In this document: positions 26,698 through 35,907 of the stretch, one piece after another
Layout: each line of letters starts with the position of its first letter
Numbering within the stretch: the first letter of the stretch is position 1
Assembly (NCBI GenBank): GCA_012838235.1
Contig: DUPQ01000074.1
Location: 26,709-90,708 of the forward strand
Direction of reading: 5' to 3'
DNA: 64,000 nucleotides
DNA from: Clostridiaceae bacterium
GTDB lineage: Bacteria > Bacillota > Clostridia > DUPQ01
The notes under the pieces: model-generated
Database searches by the model: none
Told to the model about the DNA's origin: nothing
What the model saw: the letters and a program-made list of their open reading frames with translations, nothing else
Made by a program: the position numbers and the translations under genes

Positions 26698-27447
26698 ATG
26701 CCGAAAGCAGCTCTACAACTATATTCCATAAAAGATATCGCAGAACAGGATTTTTATCATGCCATGCACATTGCAAAGCAGGTAGGCTTTGACGGAGTGG
26801 AATTTGCCGGTTTTTACGGCAAGGAAGCTATTGAAACTAAGAAATACCTGGATGATCTGGGATTACTGCCGGCAGGAAGCCATTCCGGCTTGAATGCCGT
26901 TGTGGATAAATTCCACGAAACAATGGAGTACAACTCCGTTATAGGCAACAAGTATGTGGCGGTTCCGTATTTGTCGGAACAATTCCATTCCGCGGACGGA
27001 ATGAAAACCGTTGCGGAATATCTGAACATAGCCAGCGAGAATGCAAAGAAATACGGTATAAAAATAGGTTATCACAATCATGCCTTTGAATTTACCGTTA
27101 TTGATGAAGGAAAAAGGCTGTTTGACATACTTGCGGAAAATACCGTAAAGGATATTTTTCTTCAGATAGATACACTCTGGGCGGTTAAAGGCGGGGTGGA
27201 TGTGCTGGAATATTGTAAAAAGTATAAAGACAGATTGGATACACTGCATTTTAAGGATATATCCGAAGAAGGTAAAGACACCGAACTGGGAAGAGGATTG
27301 ATAGACTTTGTATCTATTTTGAATGTTTCCGATGTTATCGACTGGTGTATTCTGGAGCAGGAACAGTTTGATATGCCTAAGGAAAAGAGCATAGCAATAA
27401 GTTGTGCATACTTAAAGGGAATTCTGGATGCTAAAATTGCAGTTTGA
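26698..27447 (+). CDS. Sugar phosphate isomerase/epimerase (xylose-isomerase-like TIM barrel)
   Basis: [19 protein letters not shown] and LHFKD motifs. Confidence 0.75.
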   Translation: MPKAALQLYSIKDIAEQDFYHAMHIAKQVGFDGVEFAGFYGKEAIETKKYLDDLGLLPAGSHSGLNAVVDKFHETMEYNSVIGNKYVAVPYLSEQFHSADGMKTVAEYLNIASENAKKYGIKIGYHNHAFEFTVIDEGKRLFDILAENTVKDIFLQIDTLWAVKGGVDVLEYCKKYKDRLDTLHFKDISEEGKDTELGRGLIDFVSILNVSDVIDWCILEQEQFDMPKEKSIAISCAYLKGILDAKIAV

Positions 27448-27766
27448 CCAAAACGGGTTAATTCCGGTTATATGTCAGGATATTGATACCAAACAGGTGC
27501 TTATGCTGGCATATGCAAAGAAAGAGCAGATTGACAAAACGCTTAAAACCGGAAAAGCGACATATTTTTCCCGTTCGAGAAACAGCGAATGGGTAAAAGG
27601 TGAGACCAGCGGCAACACTCAACAGGTACTTAAAGTGCTGGTGGACTGCGACGGTGATGCATTGATTTATCTTGTTAAACAGAAAGGGCATGCATGCCAT
27701 ACCGGCGAGCAGTCCTGTTTCTACAGGCAGATAGAGCAAAACGGAGAGATAAAGAAAAATGAATGA
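27428..27766 (+). CDS. hisI: Phosphoribosyl-AMP cyclohydrolase
   Basis: [27 protein letters not shown] and [11 protein letters not shown]...[11 protein letters not shown]. Confidence 0.9.
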   Translation: MLKLQFDQNGLIPVICQDIDTKQVLMLAYAKKEQIDKTLKTGKATYFSRSRNSEWVKGETSGNTQQVLKVLVDCDGDALIYLVKQKGHACHTGEQSCFYRQIEQNGEIKKNE

Positions 27767-28037
27767 GATATTGAATGAGTTATATCAGGTAATAACCGAC
27801 AGATTGAGCAATCCTAAAGAAGGATCGTATACCTGTTATCTTTTTGATAAAGGTCTGGATAAGATTTTAAAGAAGATAGGTGAAGAAGCTTCGGAAACCA
27901 TTATAGCTGCGAAAAACGGCTCTGAGCAGGAAATTGTATATGAAGTATCCGACCTTGTATACCACCTTATGGTATTGCTTGTGGAAAGAGGTATAACTCT
28001 TGATAAGATAGAAGAAGAATTGAGAAACAGAAGGTAA
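27759..28037 (+). CDS. hisE: Phosphoribosyl-ATP pyrophosphatase
   Basis: [31 protein letters not shown] and [13 protein letters not shown]. It overlaps hisI by 8 nt. Confidence 0.9.
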   Translation: MNEILNELYQVITDRLSNPKEGSYTCYLFDKGLDKILKKIGEEASETIIAAKNGSEQEIVYEVSDLVYHLMVLLVERGITLDKIEEELRNRR

Positions 28038-28038
28038 T

Positions 28039-29355
28039 ATGTATAAAACCGATAATAATAGAAACAAAAGAAAAAATACTTTTAAGAAAAAAGGGCAATA
28101 CAAAAAAAAGAGAAAATACGATAAGCAGACCGGACAACCGACTAAATTCAGAAAACGACCTGCAGAGCATGAGAAGGACAATCAGGTACTGAATTATTCC
28201 GGAACCAAGTTTGCCGATTTGCACTTGTCCGAAGGAATAATGAAGGCGTTGAATAAAAAGGGATATGTTTATTCATCAACCGTTCAATCGGGTGTTATTC
28301 CTCCTCTTATGCAGTACAGGGATGTTATTGCAAAAGCACCCACCGGAACGGGAAAGACTTTTGCATTCGGTATACCGCTTCTGGAACAGCTGGATAATGA
28401 AAACAAAGACATACAGGCTCTTATACTGGCACCTACAAGAGAGTTGGTTTTGCAGATATGCAATGAATTAAAGGAATTGTCGGAGTTTATGCCCAAAGTG
28501 CGGGTAGAGGCTATATACGGCGGAAAAGCCATAGAAGGACAGATAAAGGCATTGAAAAGGCATCCGCAGATTATTGTTGCCACTCCGGGAAGGTTAAGAG
28601 ACCATATCGAACGCAAAACTGTGGATATATCTAAAGTCAGAACTGCAGTACTGGATGAAGCCGACCGTATGCTGGATATGGGATTTATTGAAGAAGTGAC
28701 CGATATTCTTAACATGATGCCCGACAGAAAAAATCTTGCACTGCTGTCTGCCACCATGTCGATAGGGGTTATGGATATATCCTGGCTTTATCAGAGAAAT
28801 CCGGTGGAGATTACCGTAGAAGAACATAACCTGGACAAGCCGGATATTGACCAGATGTATGTAACCGTTCAAAATATGCGTTACAAGATTAAAGCTGTGG
28901 AAACAATAATGGACAATAATGAGTTATATAAAGTGCTCATATTCTGCAACACCATAAGAATGGTCAGGATGTTGACCGATGATTTGCGTGAAAAAGGATA
29001 CTCTGCAAACTGTATATACGGAGGCAAGTCGCAAGCCGGAAGAGAAAAAACGATAAGAGCATTCAAAGAGGAGCGACTCAACATTTTAGTAGCTACGGAT
29101 GTTGCCGCAAGAGGACTGGACATTACCGATGTGGATGCCGTGATAAACTTTGATTTACCCGATGATAAGGAGCAGTATATACACCGTATAGGCAGAACAG
29201 GCAGAGCCATGAAAAACGGCATAGCGGTTTCGCTTATAACGCCGTTTGATAACTACGAGTTGGAAGAAATCAAGAAATATTGCAAATCGGACATAAAAGA
29301 GATTAAGAATGATGGTATACTGAATCTATCGAAAGAAGGAGATGCGGAAAAATGA
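28039..29355 (+). CDS. DEAD-box ATP-dependent RNA helicase with a Lys/Arg-rich N-terminal extension
   Basis: Q-motif region, AKAPTGTGKT, DEAD (LDEADRML), SAT and HRIGRTGR. Confidence 0.9.
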   Translation: MYKTDNNRNKRKNTFKKKGQYKKKRKYDKQTGQPTKFRKRPAEHEKDNQVLNYSGTKFADLHLSEGIMKALNKKGYVYSSTVQSGVIPPLMQYRDVIAKAPTGTGKTFAFGIPLLEQLDNENKDIQALILAPTRELVLQICNELKELSEFMPKVRVEAIYGGKAIEGQIKALKRHPQIIVATPGRLRDHIERKTVDISKVRTAVLDEADRMLDMGFIEEVTDILNMMPDRKNLALLSATMSIGVMDISWLYQRNPVEITVEEHNLDKPDIDQMYVTVQNMRYKIKAVETIMDNNELYKVLIFCNTIRMVRMLTDDLREKGYSANCIYGGKSQAGREKTIRAFKEERLNILVATDVAARGLDITDVDAVINFDLPDDKEQYIHRIGRTGRAMKNGIAVSLITPFDNYELEEIKKYCKSDIKEIKNDGILNLSKEGDAEK

Positions 29356-30212
29356 TAATTGATGCTCATAACCATGCCGACTGGCACAAGACCGATTTGG
29401 ACGGGTTTATGAAGAACATGGATGACAATGATATTGATGTCACATGGATTCTTTCATGGGAGTGTCCGAGACACGAATATGAAAACTATAACGGAGCATT
29501 GGCTTCATATAATAAAAAGGGACCGGTACCTTTTGAAGCGGTATTGGCATATAAGAGGGCTTATCCCCACAGATTTGTGTTAGGATATTGTCCCGATCCG
29601 AGAGATCCCGATGCAATACAGAATCTGAAAGCGGCGACATATATACACAAAGTACAGGTCTGCGGAGAACTGAAAGTCAGAATGATGTATGACGATTTTG
29701 ATGCTATAAGATTATTCAGGGCAGCAGGGGAGCTGGGGCTACCGGTTATAATGCACTTTGATTATGAGTTTCCCAGATCCAATATAAGCGGCTGGCCCAA
29801 TTTCTGGTACGGAGGCGGCATAGATACTTTGGAAAGAGTGCTTAAAAAATGTCCTGAGACTATATTTTTAGGACACGCTCCCGGTTTCTGGGCACATATA
29901 TCCAACGATGACCTATATGACAAAGTAGCTTATCCGAAAGGACCGGTCATAGAAGGAGGCATGATTCAGAAGCTACTGGACAAGTATGATAATCTTTACT
30001 GCGATATGTCGGCGGGAAGCGGTTTGAATGCTTTAACAAGAGATCCCGAGCATGCTTTACGGTTTTTGAATCAATATCAGGACAGAATATTGTATGCAAG
30101 AGACTATTTTGATTCCAAGCACAGAGAGTTTTTAGAATCACTGGATTTAAGTCAGCAGGTGAAGAATAAGCTGTACTTTGAAAATGCTTTAAAACTTGTT
30201 CCGTTAAAATGA
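29352..30212 (+). CDS. Amidohydrolase-superfamily metal-dependent hydrolase
   Basis: MIIDAHNH start, an HFD motif (IMHFDY) and GHAPGFW. The specific family is uncertain. Confidence 0.65.
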   Translation: MIIDAHNHADWHKTDLDGFMKNMDDNDIDVTWILSWECPRHEYENYNGALASYNKKGPVPFEAVLAYKRAYPHRFVLGYCPDPRDPDAIQNLKAATYIHKVQVCGELKVRMMYDDFDAIRLFRAAGELGLPVIMHFDYEFPRSNISGWPNFWYGGGIDTLERVLKKCPETIFLGHAPGFWAHISNDDLYDKVAYPKGPVIEGGMIQKLLDKYDNLYCDMSAGSGLNALTRDPEHALRFLNQYQDRILYARDYFDSKHREFLESLDLSQQVKNKLYFENALKLVPLK

Positions 30213-30760
30213 AGATACTTATCTCTGGGTTTAAGCCTTTTGCAAACTTTCAAGACAATATTACAAGGAAACTGGTAGAAGGGCTTCCAGATGTTATCAA
30301 TGGAAATAAGATATATAAAATCATACTGGATGTAACATATAAGACGGCGTTTGATGTACTCGACAAAGAGATAAATAAAGTGCGTCCCGATATTGTCATT
30401 GCTACCGGATTAGCCGCAGCAAGGAAAGTTATAACCACGGAAAGAATCGCGTTGAATATAAATCATGCAAATGCAGCTGACAATGCCGGAGTAACAAAAA
30501 CCGACAGTGTAATAATTCCCGGGGCGGAAACGGCATTAACCGCAACACTGGAATATCCGGAATGTGTATATAAAACGGATATTGTAGTGAAATCCTATTC
30601 GGCGGGTACATATGTATGCAATGATGTATTTTACAGGTTATTGCATAAAGGTACCGTACAGGCATACCCATATATCTCTTTTATTCATTTTCCCTCGGAA
30701 GAAAACATACCCTATGAAAAACAGCTCAATACATTTGTTGATATACTGAGCTGTCTGTAA
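30209..30760 (+). CDS. pcp: Pyroglutamyl-peptidase I (peptidase C15)
   Basis: MKILISGFKPF start. The Glu (TTERIALN), Cys (SAGTYVCNDVFY) and His (SFIHFP) catalytic triad positions are present. Confidence 0.8.
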   Translation: MKILISGFKPFANFQDNITRKLVEGLPDVINGNKIYKIILDVTYKTAFDVLDKEINKVRPDIVIATGLAAARKVITTERIALNINHANAADNAGVTKTDSVIIPGAETALTATLEYPECVYKTDIVVKSYSAGTYVCNDVFYRLLHKGTVQAYPYISFIHFPSEENIPYEKQLNTFVDILSCL

Positions 30761-30816
30761 TATTATTCATCGCTTAATAAGTTTTTAGCGGTAAGCTATA
30801 AAGTTTAATAAAACAA

Positions 30817-31719
30817 TCATATACCGAAAAGGTCCAATGCCTTGGTCTCGTTGGTTACGTTATAGATATTCAGATTGTTTTTTGCATACCGAAAAACCTG
30901 CCCGATAACGGGATCCATCCAACCTTTTGCAAAAAGACGTTTTGCGAAGTTGACCGATAAATCGTCAATATCGTTGTTTTCCACGCTGGAATTGATGTAA
31001 TTCCACATTACGTCATCGGAAAGTTCCACTCCGTTCATCCTCTGAACTTCAATCTTCTCCCTTGCCGAAGCAAAGTCATCACCGCAGAGGTGGGAGAATA
31101 GAAGCAGGTTTATGTAGGAGTGATCCAGATATCTCGGTATTCTCCTGAACATACCCGCAATAGTTATATCATCCATAAGTTCCTTGTCGGTAATGGCCAG
31201 TTTCTCCAAAAGTTTCCAACGGAATTCGTCATCGACATATTCATTGTGCAGAAAATCCTTCATCATCTGTTCCGTTTCATACGGTCTTGCCCCCAAAACA
31301 GCATACCAGTAACATATGAGAATGATAGCCAAAAGATTATCTTTATCCGCAAGGTATGCTTCATGAACGGCTTTCATGCGTTTAGCCATGAATACGGCGG
31401 AAAGCGATCCTCGTGCATTTTTCTTCAACAAACTTGTTTCCTTCATGAGAAGGGTTGTCATGGTTTCCACAAGCATATTTCTGTTTGGCTTATTATCTAT
31501 AAAAATATCCTTATTCTTTTCATAAAGTTTTAATGCCGCCGGATATCTGGTAAGACAGGAATAGGCGGTAATCAACCCTATAACGGATTTCTGAGGCTCG
31601 ATACCGTGGTCTATGAGATTGGAGAAACCTTTTATGGCATGCTCATAGTCTCCTTCTTTGAGGCTTATCATGGAATTGGAAAAATACAGCTTTAAATCTT
31701 TAAAATCTTTTCTTGCCAT
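30817..31719 (-). CDS. Uncharacterised soluble all-helical (TPR-like) protein, third gene of the stator-like operon
   Basis: 300 aa with no TM segment. The N-terminus (LKEGDYEHAIKGFSNLI...) is TPR-like. Its GGAGA SD overlaps the stop of the upstream MotB-like gene (8-nt gap). Confidence 0.5.
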   Translation of the reverse strand: MARKDFKDLKLYFSNSMISLKEGDYEHAIKGFSNLIDHGIEPQKSVIGLITAYSCLTRYPAALKLYEKNKDIFIDNKPNRNMLVETMTTLLMKETSLLKKNARGSLSAVFMAKRMKAVHEAYLADKDNLLAIILICYWYAVLGARPYETEQMMKDFLHNEYVDDEFRWKLLEKLAITDKELMDDITIAGMFRRIPRYLDHSYINLLLFSHLCGDDFASAREKIEVQRMNGVELSDDVMWNYINSSVENNDIDDLSVNFAKRLFAKGWMDPVIGQVFRYAKNNLNIYNVTNETKALDLFGI

Positions 31720-31727
31720 TGTATCTC

Positions 31728-32765
31728 CTACTTTTTCTTGTCAATCGAGTCCAGGTACTCCTGAATTATCTGCCCTATATTTTCTTCCCGTACTACTATG
31801 GAAAATTCTATTCTTCTGTTTTTGGCTTTCTGTGATTCCAAATAGTCATTTTTAATCAACAGTCTGGAGTTTGAATAACCGACTGCTCCGAAGTAACGTG
31901 CATATTGTGTCTGAAGTTTACCATTCTTTTTAAATAATTCCAGTAACACTGCATTGGCTCTGTCTGTGGATAATTTTTGGTTCAGATCAAAATCTCCTTC
32001 ACTGCTGGCATGTCCTTCTATCATGATGGCTTCAATATTTTCACCCGAATCTTTTAATACCTCCTCAAATGCGTCAGCCAATTTTTTTATAAGATTTAAC
32101 GAAGAAGGCTTGAGGTCCGACTTTCCTTGATCAAACAGTATACTCTCCGTAATCATCAGATTCCCGTTATCTCCGATGGTAACTTGTCCCGGACCTAATG
32201 CATCATCTATGGATTTCTTAACTTTTTCAAATATATCCACCTGCAAAACGGCCACTTTCTGAAGTTGTTCTCTCATGGAATCCAGCTCTATTGTATTTAA
32301 AGCTATCAGTTCCAGAAGCTCCTTCTTCTGAGCTTCCAGCGCAGCCTGTTGTTCTGCCAGAATCAGTATGAGGTTTTGAAGGTTGGTTGCTTCTTCCTCC
32401 GACAGTTCCAATGCGGCCTGTTTTGCCGCTAACTCGTTTTCCAACAGACTCAAGGATATTTCTTTTGCTGCAAGTTCTTCTTCCAGCATGATAAGAATGG
32501 TCTGTTTTGTTTCCAGATCCAGCTGTGTTTCCTGAAGAGCAAGTTCCTTGGCTGCAAGATCGTTTCTTGTTGCTTCCAACTGAGCTCCGGTGGCAATATT
32601 AGTGGCTTCCTGTTCATCTAAGTTTATGGATATTATTATGTTTTTAATGAACACTATGAGAACTAAGAAGAGCATTATCAGCACCATTGTGGACATAACG
32701 TCCGCAAATGACGGCCAATAGTTCTCCGGTTCGACTTTTTTCAAATAGCTCACTCTTTGTTTCAA
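31728..32765 (-). CDS. MotB/OmpA-family protein with a long coiled-coil stalk (ZorB-like)
   Basis: N-terminal TM helix with the conserved Asp (WPSFADVMSTMVLIMLFLV). About 130 aa of heptad-like repeats (LAAKELALQETQLDLE...LAAKQAALELSEEE). A C-terminal OmpA-like domain (IEGHASSEGDFDLNQKLSTDRANAV...NRRIEF). TTG start with AGAGGTG SD. Confidence 0.8.
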   Translation of the reverse strand: MKQRVSYLKKVEPENYWPSFADVMSTMVLIMLFLVLIVFIKNIIISINLDEQEATNIATGAQLEATRNDLAAKELALQETQLDLETKQTILIMLEEELAAKEISLSLLENELAAKQAALELSEEEATNLQNLILILAEQQAALEAQKKELLELIALNTIELDSMREQLQKVAVLQVDIFEKVKKSIDDALGPGQVTIGDNGNLMITESILFDQGKSDLKPSSLNLIKKLADAFEEVLKDSGENIEAIMIEGHASSEGDFDLNQKLSTDRANAVLLELFKKNGKLQTQYARYFGAVGYSNSRLLIKNDYLESQKAKNRRIEFSIVVREENIGQIIQEYLDSIDKKK

Positions 32766-32794
32766 TTAGATCACCTCTTATTTCTTATCTTATG

Positions 32795-34255
32795 TTAATC
32801 ATTCTTTATGGCTTTTTCTATTTCATCCAGTTTCTTCTGTATCTTTCCCGAAACCGATTTGTTGTATACCATGGTCTGTTCCGGTAAAGATGCTATGGTC
32901 TGTGCCAGAATCTTCTGATTGTTTTCAAAGGATTCGGACATCTGATAAATATTAGCCATGGATTTTTCCATTGTATCGGCTGTCTTTTCCGCTATAATAT
33001 CGCTGCTTTCTTTAAGAGCTTGCTGGAAGGATTGCTTAATCTTATCGGTCAGTGAAGATATTTCCATGGATGTAGCGATTATGGCTTTTTCAAATGCATC
33101 TTTCATATTGTTGAATGATGCGGCATTTTCCTCACTGGATTGCTTCATTGTATATGTCAGCTGTTGCAAAGCGGAAACGGTCTGATCTACCTGATTTGCC
33201 AGGAAGCCGAGTTGTTCAAGGGTTTCCTGATTGGAAACTGCCATCTGCCCTGCAGCATTCTTAACATCTTCGGCAAACATCCTTATAGCATCGTAGTTCT
33301 TGATTATGAGGTTGGTGGAATCGGATAACGATTCGCTCATCTTAATGAAAGATACATCCATCTTTTCTACGTTTTCTTTAAGGTTAAGGTTGAAGTCCGA
33401 CATGTCTCTCATGGCAACGGCCAATGTGGATATTGCGCTGTCGAATCTTTCCACAGTAGTGTCAAGTGCCTGTGACGAAACCGAAACATCCATGACCACA
33501 TTGGTCAGTTTGTCACCGAAGGATTCCACTGTTGCTCTGAGAGTGTCTTCTATCTTTGTACCGAATTCCACGAAGGTATCCTTGAGTATTCTGTTCATCA
33601 TGGTATACTCGGTTTCCTTGTCTTTGGCTATCAGTACTGCGATATTATTGTCAAGATACTCTTCTATATCAATCATCAGTGACCTTTTCTGGTCTTCGCA
33701 GTCAATGCCGATTAAGGTTAAGTTGAGAACAACCGAACCGAAAAGTCCTACAAGGCTGGTGGAGAAAGCGGCTCCCATTCCTTTTGCGGCACCGGCAAGT
33801 CTTACAAGTATCTCGTTCCAGTCCAATGATGCCGACCCTATATCCTGAAGCAGAACCTTAACCAGTTCGCTTACCGAAATTGTCAGTCCTATGAATGTTC
33901 CCAACAGTCCCAATGTAACCATCATGGCCTGGCTCTTTCTTACGAATGTTTCGCCCATTGTAGGAATTTTCAGATTCTCCTCGAAATTCTTTTCAATAAT
34001 GGCTTGAGTGTTGACATTGTTGCTGTTTATCTCACCTGCAACTTTGTAGTCCTGAACAATTTTGTTGAGCATCTCATCGTTAAATGTACCTGCCCGTCTG
34101 TTCTGCCTGTTATTAATCTGCTTACTGAGTTTCTGATACTTTAACTTAATAAGGATGTTGATAACAAATGCGGCCAGGAAAATAAGTATGATAAGTACTA
34201 TTACGGTTTTTCCTGATATGTCTATCGATTTAAATAATGATATTAGGTTATTCAT
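32795..34255 (-). CDS. MotA/TolQ/ExbB-family proton-channel protein with a ~300-aa C-terminal helical tail (ZorA-like)
   Basis: TM1 (TVIVLIILIFLAAFVINILI), then the channel helices MVTLGLLGTFIGLTISV and GMGAAFSTSLVGLFGSVVLNLTLIGI. Residues ~185-486 are hydrophilic and helix-prone with no TM segment. AAGGAG SD. Confidence 0.75.
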   Translation of the reverse strand: MNNLISLFKSIDISGKTVIVLIILIFLAAFVINILIKLKYQKLSKQINNRQNRRAGTFNDEMLNKIVQDYKVAGEINSNNVNTQAIIEKNFEENLKIPTMGETFVRKSQAMMVTLGLLGTFIGLTISVSELVKVLLQDIGSASLDWNEILVRLAGAAKGMGAAFSTSLVGLFGSVVLNLTLIGIDCEDQKRSLMIDIEEYLDNNIAVLIAKDKETEYTMMNRILKDTFVEFGTKIEDTLRATVESFGDKLTNVVMDVSVSSQALDTTVERFDSAISTLAVAMRDMSDFNLNLKENVEKMDVSFIKMSESLSDSTNLIIKNYDAIRMFAEDVKNAAGQMAVSNQETLEQLGFLANQVDQTVSALQQLTYTMKQSSEENAASFNNMKDAFEKAIIATSMEISSLTDKIKQSFQQALKESSDIIAEKTADTMEKSMANIYQMSESFENNQKILAQTIASLPEQTMVYNKSVSGKIQKKLDEIEKAIKND

Positions 34256-34365
34256 ATGATCTCCTTAGAATTTGGTTTTATTACAGTAATTCTACCATAA
34301 AAAAACGCGTTTTTTTCATTATTCACAGAATGTTTACATTATTCCCGTCCTGATAACATAAAACA

Positions 34366-34395
34366 CCTGTTTTTGTCACAATTAACAGGTTTTTT
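34366..34395 (+). terminator. Terminator-like hairpin in the divergent intergenic region
   Basis: CCTGTT-12 nt-AACAGG followed by TTTTTT. There is no plus-strand gene upstream for it to terminate, so its function is unclear. Confidence 0.3.
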
Positions 34396-34448
34396 AACTT
34401 AAAACACTGTTATTGTTCTTCAATTAGATGTTTTGATGTAACAAAAAG

Positions 34449-34477
34449 TTCACAATTATATAGCGCTGTGGTATACT
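34449..34477 (+). promoter_or_regulatory. Promoter of queT
   Basis: TTCACA, 17-nt spacer, TGg-TATACT. It leaves only about 24 nt of leader before the ATG. Confidence 0.55.
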
Positions 34478-34501
34478 TTTCCAAGAAAAGAGGGAGGCTG
34501 C

Positions 34502-34963
34502 ATGCTGAAAAAGTATGTTGTTATACCGGCATTAATAGCTGCTCTGTACTGCGCGCTTGTATTCATATTTATGCCTGTGAGTTTCGGAACTGTGCAGATA
34601 AGAGTGGCGGAAGCGCTGACCGTTCTGCCGTATTTTACACCGTCTGCAATATACGGTCTTTTTATCGGCTGTTTACTTGCAAACATAATCGGAGGGGCCG
34701 GAATACTGGATATTATACTGGGTTCGCTGTCTACACTTGTGGCGGCATTTTTAACATACAAAGTAAAGAACAAATGGCTGGCACCGGTGCCCCCGATAGT
34801 AATAAATATGTTTGTGATAGGATATGTCCTCAATGTATATTACGGAATGAATTACTGGCTTGCGGTTGTGTCGGTCGGAGCGGGGCAGCTGGTATCCTGT
34901 ATGGGATTGGGTATGTTGCTTCTGTTACAGCTGGAGAAATACAAAGAGAGGTTATTTGAATGA
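34502..34963 (+). CDS. queT: QueT-family queuosine-precursor transporter (ECF S-component-like)
   Basis: 153-aa polytopic protein. The N-terminus ...PVSFGTVQIRVAEALTVLPYF is typical of QueT. GGGAGG SD. Confidence 0.75.
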   Translation: MLKKYVVIPALIAALYCALVFIFMPVSFGTVQIRVAEALTVLPYFTPSAIYGLFIGCLLANIIGGAGILDIILGSLSTLVAAFLTYKVKNKWLAPVPPIVINMFVIGYVLNVYYGMNYWLAVVSVGAGQLVSCMGLGMLLLLQLEKYKERLFE

Positions 34964-35226
34964 ATAAAAATCCCGTTAATAAAAGAAATGTGATAGATTA
35001 TCTCCTCATATTCGTCTATGTTATCATGATGCTGATTTCCAACAATCAGCTCTTTCGCAGTTATTCGCTTTTAGGCGTGGCACTTCTCGGTATATGTATT
35101 TCCATCTGTATAATTATATTTAAAAAAGACATTACCAAGCAGGAAAAGACAAGGGAATGGATAGCCGTAAGCCTGCTTGTGTTGGCTGCGGGTTATTCGA
35201 TATACAGGATTATTACGCTTAAGTAA
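34960..35226 (+). CDS. Small membrane protein
   Basis: 88 aa with about three hydrophobic helices. The ATGA start/stop overlap with queT suggests translational coupling. Confidence 0.5.
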   Translation: MNKNPVNKRNVIDYLLIFVYVIMMLISNNQLFRSYSLLGVALLGICISICIIIFKKDITKQEKTREWIAVSLLVLAAGYSIYRIITLK

Positions 35227-35238
35227 AGTCTTTAGCTT

Positions 35239-35829
35239 ATGGCTGAAAAAAGCAGTAATTCAAGTACTGCTTGGGAGGGATATATGGAACATGAGAGCAA
35301 AGCGGCAGATAAGGTGCTTACACTTTTTCATAAAATGAAAATTCGTTCCGAGAAAAAACGGTCACTTGAAGATGCCGAAACCGATCCTGAGAAGATTAAG
35401 AGAATAAAGGCTAAAAGAGAAACTCTGCAGGCAATAAAATATTTCATTGTGGCAGGTTCCGCCGGAGCCATACAGGTCGGGACATATGCACTGTTTCACG
35501 ATGCAATGAAGTGGGTACCGTGGCTTGCTCACCTTGTATCTTTGATTTTATCGGTACTGTGGAACTTTACACTCAACAGGAAATACACCTTTAAATCGGC
35601 AGTCAATGTACCTAAAGCCATGCTTAAAGTGGCACTGTATTATGTTGTGTTTACGCCGCTGTCCATGTTCTGGACAGGAGCCTTAACGACAGGAATCTGG
35701 GGAGTTGAAGGAATGGGCATTCATGCATGGGCTGTTGAAGTTCCGACATTGCTTATAAACGGTATAACGGAATACCTGTATCAGAAGTTCTTTGTTTTCA
35801 ATGATGCAAAAGAGAAGAAAAACCGATAA
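35239..35829 (+). CDS. GtrA family membrane protein
   Basis: KYFIVAGSAGAIQVGTYALF...WNFTLNRKYTFKS GtrA signature. An alternative start at 35284 has a better SD (GGGAGGG). Confidence 0.75.
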   Translation: MAEKSSNSSTAWEGYMEHESKAADKVLTLFHKMKIRSEKKRSLEDAETDPEKIKRIKAKRETLQAIKYFIVAGSAGAIQVGTYALFHDAMKWVPWLAHLVSLILSVLWNFTLNRKYTFKSAVNVPKAMLKVALYYVVFTPLSMFWTGALTTGIWGVEGMGIHAWAVEVPTLLINGITEYLYQKFFVFNDAKEKKNR

Positions 35830-35907
35830 ACGGCAAAAGCTCATTATTGTATTATGATGCCTGTTATGATATTATTATATGGATATTTAAGTCATGGAGG
35901 TATATGA

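Noticed and set aside
34256-34501. Possible preQ1 riboswitch upstream of queT
   Set aside because: A good extended -10 promoter (TTCACA-17-TGgTATACT, 34449-34477) leaves only about 24 nt of leader. I could not find a preQ1-I-type hairpin with an A-rich tail, or any preQ1-II features, in the sequence.
34456-34959. Alternative ORFs overlapping queT (125 aa on minus, 163 aa on plus in another frame)
   Set aside because: The frame starting at 34502 has a GGGAGG SD and a recognisable QueT membrane protein sequence. The alternatives have neither.
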